Below are positions 13,851-24,795 of a stretch of DNA of 64,000 nt, one piece after another. The DNA is from Octopus sinensis (taxonomy: Eukaryota). The stretch covers positions 59,892,001-59,956,000 of the forward strand of contig NC_043004.1 in the NCBI RefSeq assembly GCF_006345805.1, read 5' to 3'. The notes beneath the pieces are model-generated. The model saw nothing but the letters and a program-made list of their open reading frames with translations. It was not told the origin of the DNA and made no database searches. Each line of letters opens with the position of its first letter. Positions within the stretch are counted from its first letter, which is position 1. The position numbers were made by a program, and so were the translations under genes.

Positions 13851-14094
13851 AATATATATATATATGTGTGTGTGTAGAAGGTTGGACCTCGAACCCATAA
13901 GGGTACACAAGAGAGACAGAGACAGGCAGAAACAAGGAAAATACCCATTATAATTTGAATAATATACAAATATTCTTTCAAAAAACTTTTCTTTAATTTT
14001 TCCAAAATTTAATTGTTTTCCATACTTACAGTTGGAAAAGTCACAATAACTGAAACCGGTACTGAAATGTTTTCATAAAATTATTTTAGCATTC

Positions 14095-14375
14095 TCTACC
14101 TTGACTTGCACTGATGCCTTCGTGGAAAACCTTTTCTGGCTGTTCCTTCTGACAAATGAAGAGCTTTTGCAATTGACCTCATTGACTTTCTGGGATTGTA
14201 GTCAATGATCTCTTAAACTTGCTGGATAAATTCAGGTTTCCTGATGATTTAAAAACGATTGGAATGCTTTTTATGCTTTGATTCTGGTGATACGTTTCCA
14301 TCTTCAGTCTCTTGCTCCTTGCAGACTTAGTAGACGAAAGATCTAGCAATCTATAAAAATATAAAAATATGAAAT
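14095..14375 (-). pseudogene. Decayed Tc1/mariner (maT-like) transposase N-terminal fragment
   Basis: Minus translation IARSFVY*VCKE...IIRKPEFIQQV*EIIDYNPRKSMRSIAKALHLSEGTARK resembles a transposase helix-turn-helix region; contains stops and a frameshift. Confidence 0.55.
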
Positions 14376-14892
14376 CGTACGTTGAAACAGATCTTGTATT
14401 TCGGGATGGTAATTTGTGGTTCGTTTTGCCAACGAAACACACGCACTATACCATCATTTTTCTTCACTCGAAGTTTTCAAGGCGTTGTAAGAATTTTACA
14501 CGTCTACTCCCAGTGGGAGCGCATACGGACACCAAAATGAAAGCAGAGTTTTTACAGTTGTTCACGTCTAGTTCAACTAAGAGGTGAAAGGCCTGAAATG
14601 TTTACGACGGAGATGATCGTTAACACTGAGAGAATATTATATTTTAATGACTCCAATTCTTGACTGGTTCTTTGCTCATGCGAACGGATAAGAAGAAATT
14701 TATGATGTAAAGAACTACAATAATAAAATTAAGAACTGCGTATTAAGATGCCACGAATTTGGAAGGAGCGCAAATCTCAAGCAAATCGAAACCAGGTTTA
14801 GATTTGTACTTTATATTTTCAGCAAAAGGTGTTCGGTAGTTTAGTTGAGAACAAGCATGAAAATAATGTTGGCCTCCTCATTATAATCATTA

Positions 14893-14926
<34 letters not shown>

Positions 14927-14974
14927 TATTATTATTATTATTATTAGTAGTAGTAGTAGTAGTAGTAGTAGTAA

Positions 14975-15013
<39 letters not shown>

Positions 15014-15055
15014 CAGCAGCAGTAGTACTTGTAGTTGTAGTAGTAGTAGTAGTTG
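14893..15055. repeat. Compound (TAT)n(TAG)n microsatellite
   Basis: Read directly from the sequence. Confidence 0.95.
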
Positions 15056-15283
15056 TTTTTTCATCTACACTCAGCAGATTGCAACATATATCTACAACAA
15101 GTAGATTTAGATGCTATAACCCTCCTATGAGTTACAAGTAACCTTAGATGCTAAGAACCCGCCTAAGTATTCTAGCTATTCCTAATAACAGTTTTCTGGA
15201 ACTCCAGAAAACTGGGTTTTATGCCTCTAGGGATAGATCCCAAGGCACATACAACTACCAGCACTTACTATAGTCTCTATAAT

Positions 15284-15875
15284 TCAATAGGTAGGTCCTG
15301 ACACTTTGCCAGTTTTTACTATACGTCTCATATTAATTCTTTCATCATTTGGTACTGTAACGTCAGTTATCTGGCATCTTCTATTCTCTTTATCTACTGC
15401 TACGAAATCAGGCCTTCCAGCTTCTACCACTCTGCCAGTCTCAATTTTAAAGTCCCACAACATGTTGTATTTCTTACTTTCTAGTATATTTACTAGGTTC
15501 ATGTTCATACCATTTATCAGTATATTCAAATCCTAGCTTTCTACGTAGCTCCCAGAAATTGTTCTCCCTAGGTTGTCATGTCTTTTCTTGCATATTTTTG
15601 CCAATATGCTACATTCACTTACTATATAAGTAACGCTTTCATCTTTTGATTTTCATAATCTACATAGGGAATCTACTTGGTTTTTGTTTGTCTAGATTTT
15701 TATCCAATTAGTCCTTAATGCTTGATCTTATGCAGTTCGAACTAACTTTCTGCCTCCCTCTTCAGCTTTCCTTTCTAAAACCACTACTTTTTGCTGCAAC
15801 TATCTTTGGTAATCTACCATGCAACGTCTTCTCCTGCCAGTCAGAAAATTTCTGTTTTTCTCTGGATTTTAACTT
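15284..15875 (-). mobile_element. Old R4/Dong-type LINE, C-terminal restriction-like endonuclease region, decayed
   Basis: Minus translation includes WQEKTLHG, DQALRTN, KRHDNLG, KWYEHE and LWDFKIETGRVVEAGRPDFVAVDKENRRCQITDVTVP; many stops and frameshifts. Confidence 0.8.
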
Positions 15876-15889
15876 CGTTTGGATTTTAT

Positions 15890-15890
15890 C

Positions 15891-15961
<71 letters not shown>

Positions 15962-15984
15962 AATTATTATTATTATTATTATTG

Positions 15985-16029
<45 letters not shown>

Positions 16030-16060
16030 TTGTTATTATTATTATTATTATTATTATTAA
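15890..16060. repeat. Compound (AAT)n(GAT)n(TAT)n microsatellite
   Basis: Read directly from the sequence. Confidence 0.95.
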
Positions 16061-16082
16061 TATCGTTGTGGTTATAATTATT

Positions 16083-16290
16083 ACAGGATCAGCACGGCAA
16101 GGTTCTGTAACACAAATTCCATTCTCATATCCCACCTAAGGACATACGCTAATTTGAGATTCCCAGAAACTCTTAGTCCTTTTGAAAATCATTTTTGAAA
16201 GCACCATGCACAGTACAATCAACAACGAAGGTAAACTATCTACCTGAAAAGTGCCTCTCCTGATTTCAATAATACCCGCTGTTCCTGTCG
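16083..16290 (-). mobile_element. R4/Dong-type LINE reverse transcriptase fragment
   Basis: GIIEIRRGTFQVDSLPSLLIVLCM resembles the non-LTR RT motif RGIFQGDSLSPLLF; same strand as 15284-15875. Confidence 0.65.
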
Positions 16291-16316
16291 TCGTCGTAGT
16301 CATCATCACCTTCATC

Positions 16317-16412
<96 letters not shown>

Positions 16413-16433
16413 AAGAAGAAGAAGAAGAAGAAG
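16317..16433. repeat. (AAT)n(AAG)17 tract at a LINE-LINE junction
   Basis: Read directly from the sequence. Confidence 0.95.
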
Positions 16434-17367
16434 AAACAACAAAAGCTATAAAACAAATGAAATCCAAACTAAAAATAGAACAGCAACGAACCATGATAAA
16501 ACGATGGCAAGAAAAGCCCCTTCATGGTAAATACCGGACTAAACTAAACGCAAAAGAAATAGACAAAGAAAAATCCAAGCAATGGTTGAGAAGCTCAGGA
16601 CTCAAAGCAGAAACAGAGGGATTTTTAATTGCAGCACAAGACCAAAGCCTCCCCACCAGAAATTACCAAAAACATGTAATGAAAAGAAATATTAGAAGTA
16701 ACTGCAGAATATGTGGAGATAGACAAGAAACAATAAATCATATTATCTCTAGCTGCCCAGTCTTGGCTAAGAAGGAATATATTCACAGACATGACAGAGT
16801 TGGAACCTACATACATTGGAAGCTATGCCAACATTATGGAATAACAACAGAAAAAAGATGGTATAAGCACACACCAGAAAAGGTCACAGAAAACGAGAAA
16901 GCAACCATACTCTGGGATATGCAGATACACACAGATAGAGAACTTAAGGCCAACATACCAGTTATAGTTGTCAGAGATCATGAAGAAAAAAAATGCTTTC
17001 TAATTGATGTATCAATGCCGGCAGATGACAACGTGTCTCTAAAAGAAATGGAGAAACTCTCAAAATACAAAGACCTGGAAATAGAGGTAACTAGAATGTG
17101 GAATCTGAAAACAGAAACAATTCCTATCATAGTAGGTGCATTAGGCATGATAAAACATTCATACAAATACATAACAAAAACACCAGGACTTACAAACACA
17201 TATAACATACAGAAAATTGCACTACTAGGCACTGCACACATCCTACGCAGAACACTTTCCATACAATAACCATCAGAGCATCACAATAAATCACAGCACA
17301 TACCCAAGGCACACAGAGCTGCGCTCGGTAGTGAAGTGAAAGCACGCTATAAAAATAAAACTACTGG
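16431..17367 (+). mobile_element. 5'-truncated R4/Dong-type LINE with 3' UTR, flanked by (AAT)n
   Basis: Open 270-aa frame 16457-17269 with WQEKPLHG, AAQDQ, CCHC knuckle (C-x2-C-x8-H-x4-C), RHD and RLE-type LIDVS...EKLSKY; AATAAA at 17354 then (ATA)n tail. Confidence 0.9.
16457..17269 (+). CDS. C-terminal part of an R4/Dong LINE ORF (zinc knuckle plus restriction-like endonuclease); truncated, probably not expressed
   Basis: Motifs as above; RT domain missing; catalytic PD reads PV. Confidence 0.75.
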   Translation: MKSKLKIEQQRTMIKRWQEKPLHGKYRTKLNAKEIDKEKSKQWLRSSGLKAETEGFLIAAQDQSLPTRNYQKHVMKRNIRSNCRICGDRQETINHIISSCPVLAKKEYIHRHDRVGTYIHWKLCQHYGITTEKRWYKHTPEKVTENEKATILWDMQIHTDRELKANIPVIVVRDHEEKKCFLIDVSMPADDNVSLKEMEKLSKYKDLEIEVTRMWNLKTETIPIIVGALGMIKHSYKYITKTPGLTNTYNIQKIALLGTAHILRRTLSIQ

Positions 17368-17406
<39 letters not shown>

Positions 17407-17422
17407 TAATAATAATAATAAT

Positions 17423-17614
17423 AAAAATTCTAACTGGGCCCCACCTGCAAGGTCATGTGCTGTTTATCTTGATATGAGATCACCATGTCGCGCACATATG
17501 GTTGTGATGCATGTGCTGGTGTAACTTTATCAGACGGGTAGTCATGATGGGTATATTGGGCTTCGTATATTTTACCCCAGTGTCACTTTGATGGCATGAA
17601 CTGCTCTCTCACTC
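17423..17614 (+). mobile_element. 3' part of a non-autonomous (TAA)n-associated repeat
   Basis: aaaattctaactggg(c/a)cccacctgcaagg...cagacgggtagtcatgatggg matches about 59143-59270; (AAT)n on both sides. Confidence 0.8.
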
Positions 17615-17691
<77 letters not shown>

Positions 17692-17712
17692 TGATGATAA
17701 TAATAATAATAA
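17615..17712. repeat. (AAT)n microsatellite
   Basis: Read directly from the sequence. Confidence 0.95.
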
Positions 17713-18359
17713 TGATAGCAATGTTTTTTTACTTGTTTTATTCAGCAATTTATATTTGTGTTCTACAGTATGGATTAAACTAGTTCCCAATAAATTTAGA
17801 CGCTTAGAAAGAAAAGGTTGGGGCGAATGGGCCTATTCTCAGCACATACCAGGAGAATATCTATTCAGGGATTATATGCATTCCCATGTTAGGGTGATTT
17901 GGATTTGTAAACTATCATTGAAATTTTCCCCTTCAAATAATGACATATAGAAGAAAAATCATCATCCTCTTCATCATTATCGTCATCGTCATGGTTACTG
18001 TTAACGTCATTGTCGTCATCCTTATCGCCATCATCATTATTATCATTACTGCGATCATCGTCACCATCATCGCAGTTTTTTGTACATAATCAGATATGTT
18101 TGAAGATTACAAGCAGTAAACCTCTCTTTAAAAATCGTATAATAATTTAATTCATAATTTATCTTAAATTTTACTATGCCTAAGTAGATGATGTTATGTT
18201 ACCAATTATGCTTGAATATGAGTAAATTTAAATGTTGACCTCTGGCGTATATAAGCACTCGTAGAGTTATACATTTATACTAATACACACGCACACACAC
18301 ATATCTATAATTATACGTATATGTATGTACATGTATACGTAGATGTGTATATAAATTTA

Positions 18360-18553
18360 TAAACATATATATATACAAATATATATATATATATTTATAT
18401 ATAAATATGTATATATGTACATGTATATATATATGTATATGTATATACTCATATATATATGTATGTATGTATATATATATATATATTCATATATATATAT
18501 GTATATATATATATATGTATACATATATATATACTGATATATATATATATACT

Positions 18554-18612
<59 letters not shown>

Positions 18613-18642
18613 ATACTCATATATATGTATATATATATATAT
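18360..18642. repeat. Degenerate (TA)n low-complexity tract
   Basis: Read directly from the sequence. Confidence 0.9.
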
Positions 18643-19536
18643 GTTGTTGAATGTAATTAGCTTTTTATTGTATTCTTAGTATAAATACTATGCGTGTGTG
18701 CTTGTGCACGAATGTATGTCTGCATTTATGAAAGTAATGTACGTATGTGTATGAAAATATATTTGTGAGCCTTCATTACATTTTATTTATTCCAAATAAT
18801 ATTCTTATACCTTAGAGCTCCACTAAGTATCAGTAGGTTTTTCCTTTTTCAGCCAAATACAAATACGTTAATTTCAATTTTGCAATAATCTGAACAGGCT
18901 ACTGGCTAAATTCCAATAACCGTTATTTAAAATGTTTTTGTTTTATATCTATATGTTTATTTTTTAAATCTATTCCTCAGGTTTAAATGTTATCCTACTG
19001 AAACATCATTTTTAATATCGTATGTTGAATGATTCCTCTCTACTCGTCTGAGTATCAGTATTTCCTTTACGTTGTGTAGTTTAGGTGATTTTGATAAATA
19101 TTCTTTCAGCTCTAGGCTAGCGTTAAAACCAACACTAGACGATGTTGCAAACATATAACTGTCTATGCATCTCTCTCTCTCTCTCTCTCTCTCTTTGTAT
19201 ATATATATATGTATTTAACATAATAAGGGTGAATAATTGAATATTAATTTGAGTAATATCAATTTAAAAACAGTGGTCTAGCATCTTGAAAAACCTGAAG
19301 ATTCAGAAAAATTATATTACATGCATATAACAGGGATGTCCACTAAGTGCCATCCATTATGCTACATCAAGCATAATGGATGTCCACTTAGTGGTCATCT
19401 CTTCATCAATGCATGTGTTTCTCTCACCCTTGTCACATTTAGTGAGTTATCTATCTATCTATCCATCTATCTATCTACCTTACTATCTATCTATATATTT
19501 ATAGATCTCTCTCTTTCTCTCTTTCTCTTTCTCTCA

Positions 19537-19580
<44 letters not shown>

Positions 19581-19595
19581 TTAAAACGATAAACG

Positions 19596-19774
19596 TCGCC
19601 CTTTTCAAGCCTAGCCAGGCCCATGGGCCCGGTTTCCCGGTTCCTGTGGCGTATGTGTTCCGCTCAACTGGACGGGATGCCAGTCCATTACAGCGTTACT
19701 CAAGAAACAGGAAGAGAGAGGGAGAGAAATCTGTGGCGAAAGAGTAAAACAGGGGCCACCACCAACCCCATGCC
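19596..19774 (-). mobile_element. SINE family C, 3' part
   Basis: Reverse complement of the 3' part of the 61385-61670 copy. Confidence 0.8.
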
Positions 19775-19803
19775 GTGTATATTATATATATATATATATA
19801 TAT

Positions 19804-20245
19804 ATCAACAATCAAGGAACGGCCATAATAGGCCATTCACCCACTAGAAATAACAGCCAAAGCTTCAACCGCAAATAAAAGTCAATTCCGTAAACAGGAG
19901 AAAATTTTAAAAACATTTACCCTGTAATTTCTTATACGATGCACCGTTTCGTCTGCTGTTTAATGGTAAACTAACCTGATTAAATTAAATCAAGCCAATC
20001 TTCCATAGGCCCTCAGATTCTTCAGTAAGAATCTGAGGGCCTATGGAAGATTGGCTTGATTTAATTTAATCAGGTTAGTTTACCATTAAACAGCAGACGA
20101 AACGGTGCATCGTATAAGAAATTACAGGGTAAATGTTTTTTAAATTTTCTCCTGTTTACGGAATTGACTTTTATTTGCGGTTGAAGCTTTGGCTGTTATT
20201 TCTAGAGGGTGAATGGCCTATTATGGCCGTTCCTTGATTGTTGAT
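19804..20245. repeat. 442-bp palindrome (219-bp arms, 2 mismatches, 4-nt loop)
   Basis: 19804-20022 is the reverse complement of 20027-20245; loop cagt at 20023-20026. Confidence 0.95.
19927..20031 (-). ncRNA. Type I hammerhead ribozyme motif within the palindrome
   Basis: Minus: UUCUUA CUGAAGA AUCUG-(58 nt)-CAGAC GAA ACGG-UGCA-UCGU A UAAGAAAU; predicted cleavage after GUA between 19935 and 19934; A-C mismatch at the base of stem II. Confidence 0.7.
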
Positions 20246-20351
20246 GTTGAACTTAAAAATGGTCTATGACTATTTAATATTTTCCCACTAGGCCGCTGGT
20301 GGCAAAAAAATTCTACAAAATTTTTTTGCCACCCTATATTGATTAATTATG

Positions 20352-20434
<83 letters not shown>

Positions 20435-20619
20435 ACACATATATATATATATGTCACGAGACTAGTAACCTGTTGGAGAATTCAATATGCGTATGCTTCA
20501 GAACGAAGTATTAGACGAACATAGAGCCTTAAATCGGAAGCTTTGATGTTGAATGCTCTGGGGAAGCTATAGGAAGCTATTCAGACATTCAGCTATGAGT
20601 GACCTGCAGCTTATAGTAG

Positions 20620-20850
20620 AACAGCTGCAACATAATGAAGATCATAACAGGCTACAACAAAGCATTCGGACAGTTAGATGATGCAAGAAAGGAGAGGAAG
20701 AAAATAAAGAACAGTCATTCAGAGCTTGCTATTCTCAGTCGTGTTCCAGATCGTCGTTGCAGTTTCGGCCGGTTACACTCGAGACTTCTCCAATCAGGCC
20801 GGCCCCAAGAAAATCTAAGTTAAAAGCACTAGACTCCTTGGAAGAAATCA
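20620..20850. repeat. Dispersed repeat, second copy at 63480-63655
   Basis: Shared gtcatt...ctcagtc...ctccaatc(a/t)ggcc(g/a)gcccc(a/g)ag...ctaag(t/c)taa(a/g)agc block; both copies abut (TA)n. Confidence 0.6.
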
Positions 20851-20857
20851 GTATATA

Positions 20858-20888
<31 letters not shown>

Positions 20889-20942
20889 TTATACATATAT
20901 ATATGCATGTATGTATAAGACACACACACACACATACACATA

Positions 20943-22552
20943 CACTTGCGGTCAAAATGTTCAGGACGGCATTGTTTTCGTCAGAAAAGTATATATAATT
21001 TTTTTTCAAATTTGTCTTATATTCTATAATTTTCACAGACAATAAATACAACATCGTTTGTTATTGTCTGAGATTTTGGTGTAATTTGAGAGGATAATAA
21101 AAAAGTTATGGATGATTTAGTGATTTACTGCAAAACCCATGGCGGCCAAAATGATCAGAACGTTTGCTTTTACTCCATGTTTTAGTATATTTAACCGTCA
21201 AACTCTAATGTTTTGAATTTGTTTACGTGACACTTCGTTTACTAAACATTAGTAAGCATATCTGCAGTGTACCTTGTTAATATAATGCCACTTACTCCGT
21301 TACCAATTCGTCAGCAGATTATTAAGCTTCGAAAGAAGGATAATTTAAGTATTAGGTCTATTGCAAAGATTGATAACAAGTCATAAAGTGTTGTTCACGG
21401 TATTCTTAAGGTCTACGATGATTGTGGTTCGTGTGAAGCAAGAAAGTCTACAGGTAGGCCAAGAAAAACGACCAAGAAAGAAGATCGTGCTATGGTAAAG
21501 TTGGTTAAAAAGGACAGATTTAAAACTGCTGCTGCTGTTTTTCGGGAAATGAGCATTGTACCGAAGAAAACATTATCTCGAAAAACTGTGTCTCATCGTT
21601 TAGTTGAACATAACCTACAAGCAAGATCACCTGCAGTGAAGCCACTGATCAGCTCCAAAAATAAAAAGTGTCGTCTTACCTTTGCAACCGAACATGTGTT
21701 GTAGTCTCAAGAAAAATGGCAAACTGTGCAGTTCAGTGATGAATCTAAGTTTATGTTATTTGGCTCTATGTTATTTGGTTCGTCGAAAAGCAGGTGAAAA
21801 ATTGTCACCTAAATGCCTTAAGACTAGTGTTAAATTCGGTGAAGGAAGTGTCATGGTTTGGGGGATGATATCTGGAGATGTTGTGGGTCCTTTGCTGCGA
21901 TTACATGGAAAGGTAAATGCAGGAGTTTATAAACGACTTTAAAAGATCATGTCTTGCCTGTGCTGAGAAATTCAATTAAGCAACCACCCATATTCATGCA
22001 GGACAATGCCCCATGTCACAAGGCTAAGGTGGTCATGAACTTCCTCAAGGCTGAAAAGGTTATTGTTATGGATTTGCCTGCTCAAAGCCCATACCTCAAT
22101 CCTATTGAAAATGTGTGGAATATTCTAGGAGAACGTTTGAAAGCCAGAAATCCTAAAACAACCGAGCAATTATGGAATGCCCTTCAGGAAGATCGCCCAG
22201 CAAGAAATTGAAAATTTAATTTCCCCATGCAGTCAAAAATGTCAAACTTTGATTGACGCTAAAGGGCTTCACACTAAATATGAAATAATTCCAGCATTCT
22301 CTGTCACTTTTTGATTATTTTATTTTTTTGAACCGTTCTGATCCTTTTGGCCACCATGGGCTTTGCAGTAAATCACTATGTCATCCATAACCTTTGTATT
22401 ATCCACTCAAATTACACCAAAATCAGACAATACCAATTAATATCGTAATTATTGTCTGTGAAAATTATAGAATATAAAACAACTTTAATAAAAACGTTAT
22501 ATCTACTTTTCTGACGAAAACAATGCCGTTCTGAACATTTTGGCCGCAACTG
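20943..22552 (+). mobile_element. Tc1-family DNA transposon, full length, ~220-bp IR/DR termini, TA target duplication
   Basis: TA|CACTTGCGGTCAAAATGTTCAGG... and ...CTGAACATTTTGGCCGCAACTG|TA; TIRs 20943-21162 and 22334-22552. Confidence 0.92.
21285..22283 (+). pseudogene. Tc1 DD34E transposase, inactivated
   Basis: MPLTPLPIRQQIIKL..., GRPRKT, FSDESKF, VMVWG, FMQDNAPCH and 34 residues to NPIENVW; several stops and frameshifts. Confidence 0.92.
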
Positions 22553-23110
22553 TAGATGCCTGCACATTTACATGTTTATATACGTACAAACACATTCATC
22601 TATATCCATCTGTTTCCACGACTCTTTATGGAACTAACCATATGTTTATGCGTATGAATATAGCTGCCCGTGTGCCTAAATGTTTGAAATATACCTGTGT
22701 GGTCTGTATTTAAATAAATATGTTTCTGCCTACCAGAACAAAAAACAGGAGCATGAATATAACATTCCACAGTTTCCAAACGAAATAGCTAACAAAGTGC
22801 ACGCTCCAAAATTAAGGCCCACAAAAAGAATGATATCCACAACAACTGTATTTGAAAGAACACAAGTTCTAACCTCAATACATTCTTTTATTTCTCTTAC
22901 ATCTATGTCTTTCGACGAAGAATTGTACGACAACAAAATATTAGAAAACATTAGAGGCGCTGGAAGTACAACATGTACAACACAAAGACGCTATATATTA
23001 CACTGTGCAGCTGCTGATGCACACACACACACACACAATCATACATACATACACACATACATGCATATATTTATATATACAACTATATATATATAAACCA
23101 ATATATAACA

Positions 23111-23159
<49 letters not shown>

Positions 23160-23709
23160 CCAATAGATAGATAGATGTATTGCTATGTCTATCTATCTAT
23201 CTATCTCTGTATATGTGTGTGTGTGTGTGTGTGTGTCGGTATGTATGGATGTATATCTGTACATCTGTATGTTGTGTGTGTATATACGTATGTATGTATA
23301 GACGTAAAAAGTATTCTTCTAATCGGCAGAATGGTACACAAATGATTTACCAGTCGACAGTAACGCTATGTTCGATAGTAATGAATCATGTTCACGATTC
23401 TTTCTCTTTGGGCAGTATATGGTTTACATATTTATTACGGCATGGGCATTATTTGACTATTTGGATCTTTTTCTCTTCTATATGCCTCTATGATTTATGT
23501 AGCTTTTGCAGGAATGATAAAAGCAGTACAAAATATATTTAATAATTGGTTACCAGCTGGTATAGCAGCTCCATGGTAATTGGGATGCATGAAACGAATG
23601 GATTTTCAGTTATGTTCCAAACTGTTTCCTGTTTATTTTGAAGTATTCAATTCTATTTCTTGACCACAATAATACTTAATTCCATACATATACACTTATA
23701 TGGTATGTG

Positions 23710-23776
<67 letters not shown>

Positions 23777-23777
<1 letters not shown>

Positions 23778-24070
23778 CGGGAAGCTTTATGAAAATAGAC
23801 AAAAGACGAGGGCAGGTTTACGGAAATAAACAAAAGACGAAAGCAGGTGGAATACAAACAAACAATTGTATTAGTATGGCGCTCAGGAAATATAAATAAA
23901 ACAAGTCTTTAACGTTTCGAGCCTACGCTCTTCAACAGAAAGATACACAGAGAAAAAACACAGAAAGGAGAGAAAAAAATATGCGTGCAAAAGCTAGCGA
24001 ATCAACATGGCGATCTGATTTCGGCCAGAAGTCAAAGATCAAACGTGAGACGCAAGAGCGAAATTAGGGG
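23777..24070 (-). mobile_element. Non-coding element carrying a minimal hammerhead motif (Penelope pLTR-like)
   Basis: Starts directly after (TA)n; contains the motif at 23906-23943. Confidence 0.45.
23906..23943 (-). ncRNA. Minimal type I hammerhead motif with one core substitution
   Basis: Minus: UCUUU CUGUUGA A GAGC-GUAG-GCUC GAA AC GU U AAAGA; stem I 5/5 and stem II 4/4 pairs; core A6 reads U. Confidence 0.6.
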
Positions 24071-24195
24071 ATATAATAGGGTTAAATGACCTCGCTCCAA
24101 CATAAGAGTGTGTGTGTGTGTATGAGAAGAATATATATATATATAGGCATTATTAAATCTCAGAATGAGATTGAAACAGTAATCGCTCGATAATG

Positions 24196-24297
24196 TAAAG
24201 TATAGAAGCCATCTTAACAGGGCTAACCACATAGTAACATATAGTGACACCCCCACCCCTATGTGGTTAGCCACGTTAAGATGGTTTCTATACTTTA
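24196..24297. repeat. Inverted repeat, 39-bp arms (36/39), 24-bp spacer
   Basis: taaagtatagaagccatcttaacagggctaaccacatag versus ctatgtggttagccacgttaagatggtttctatacttta. Confidence 0.9.
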
Positions 24298-24422
24298 TAT
24301 TATATATATATATATATACAGAAACTATATCCACCAATGTGGCGTTGAGTACTCATTTTCGTCGTTCAACATTTACGTATATATATATATATATATATGT
24401 ATGCGTGTGTGTGTCTGTATTT

Positions 24423-24788
24423 GTGTGTGTGATAAGTAGCTTGCTTACCAACCACATGGTTCCGGGTTCAGTCCCAATGCGTGGCACCTTGAGCATCTGT
24501 CTTCTAATATAGACTCGGGCCGACCAAAGCCTTGTGAGTGGATTTGGTAGACGGAAAGTGAAAGAAGCCCGTCGTATATATGTATATCTATATATGTATG
24601 TGTGTCTTTGTGTGTCTGCGTTTGTCCCTACAACATCGCTTGACAACAATGCTGGTGTGTTTACGTCCCCGTAAGTAAGCGATTCGTCAAAAGAGACCGA
24701 TAGAATAAGTACGAGAATAAGTACAAATAATAAGTCCTGGGTCGAATTGCTCGAACAAAGGCGGTGCTCCGGCATGTCCGCAGTGAAA
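24423..24788 (+). mobile_element. SINE family A (left member of tail-to-tail pair)
   Basis: Extreme head lost, rest colinear with other copies. Confidence 0.88.
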
Positions 24789-24795
24789 TATATAT

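Noticed and set aside
14179-14442. Minus ORF with a good-looking splice acceptor as a host exon
   Set aside because: An alternative frame reads as a decayed transposase N-terminus, which explains the region better.
20762-20812. Six-bp stem followed by GAAAC on minus (also at 63585-63630)
   Set aside because: The sequence 5' of the stem is CUYGG in both copies rather than CUGANGA, so it is not a recognisable hammerhead.
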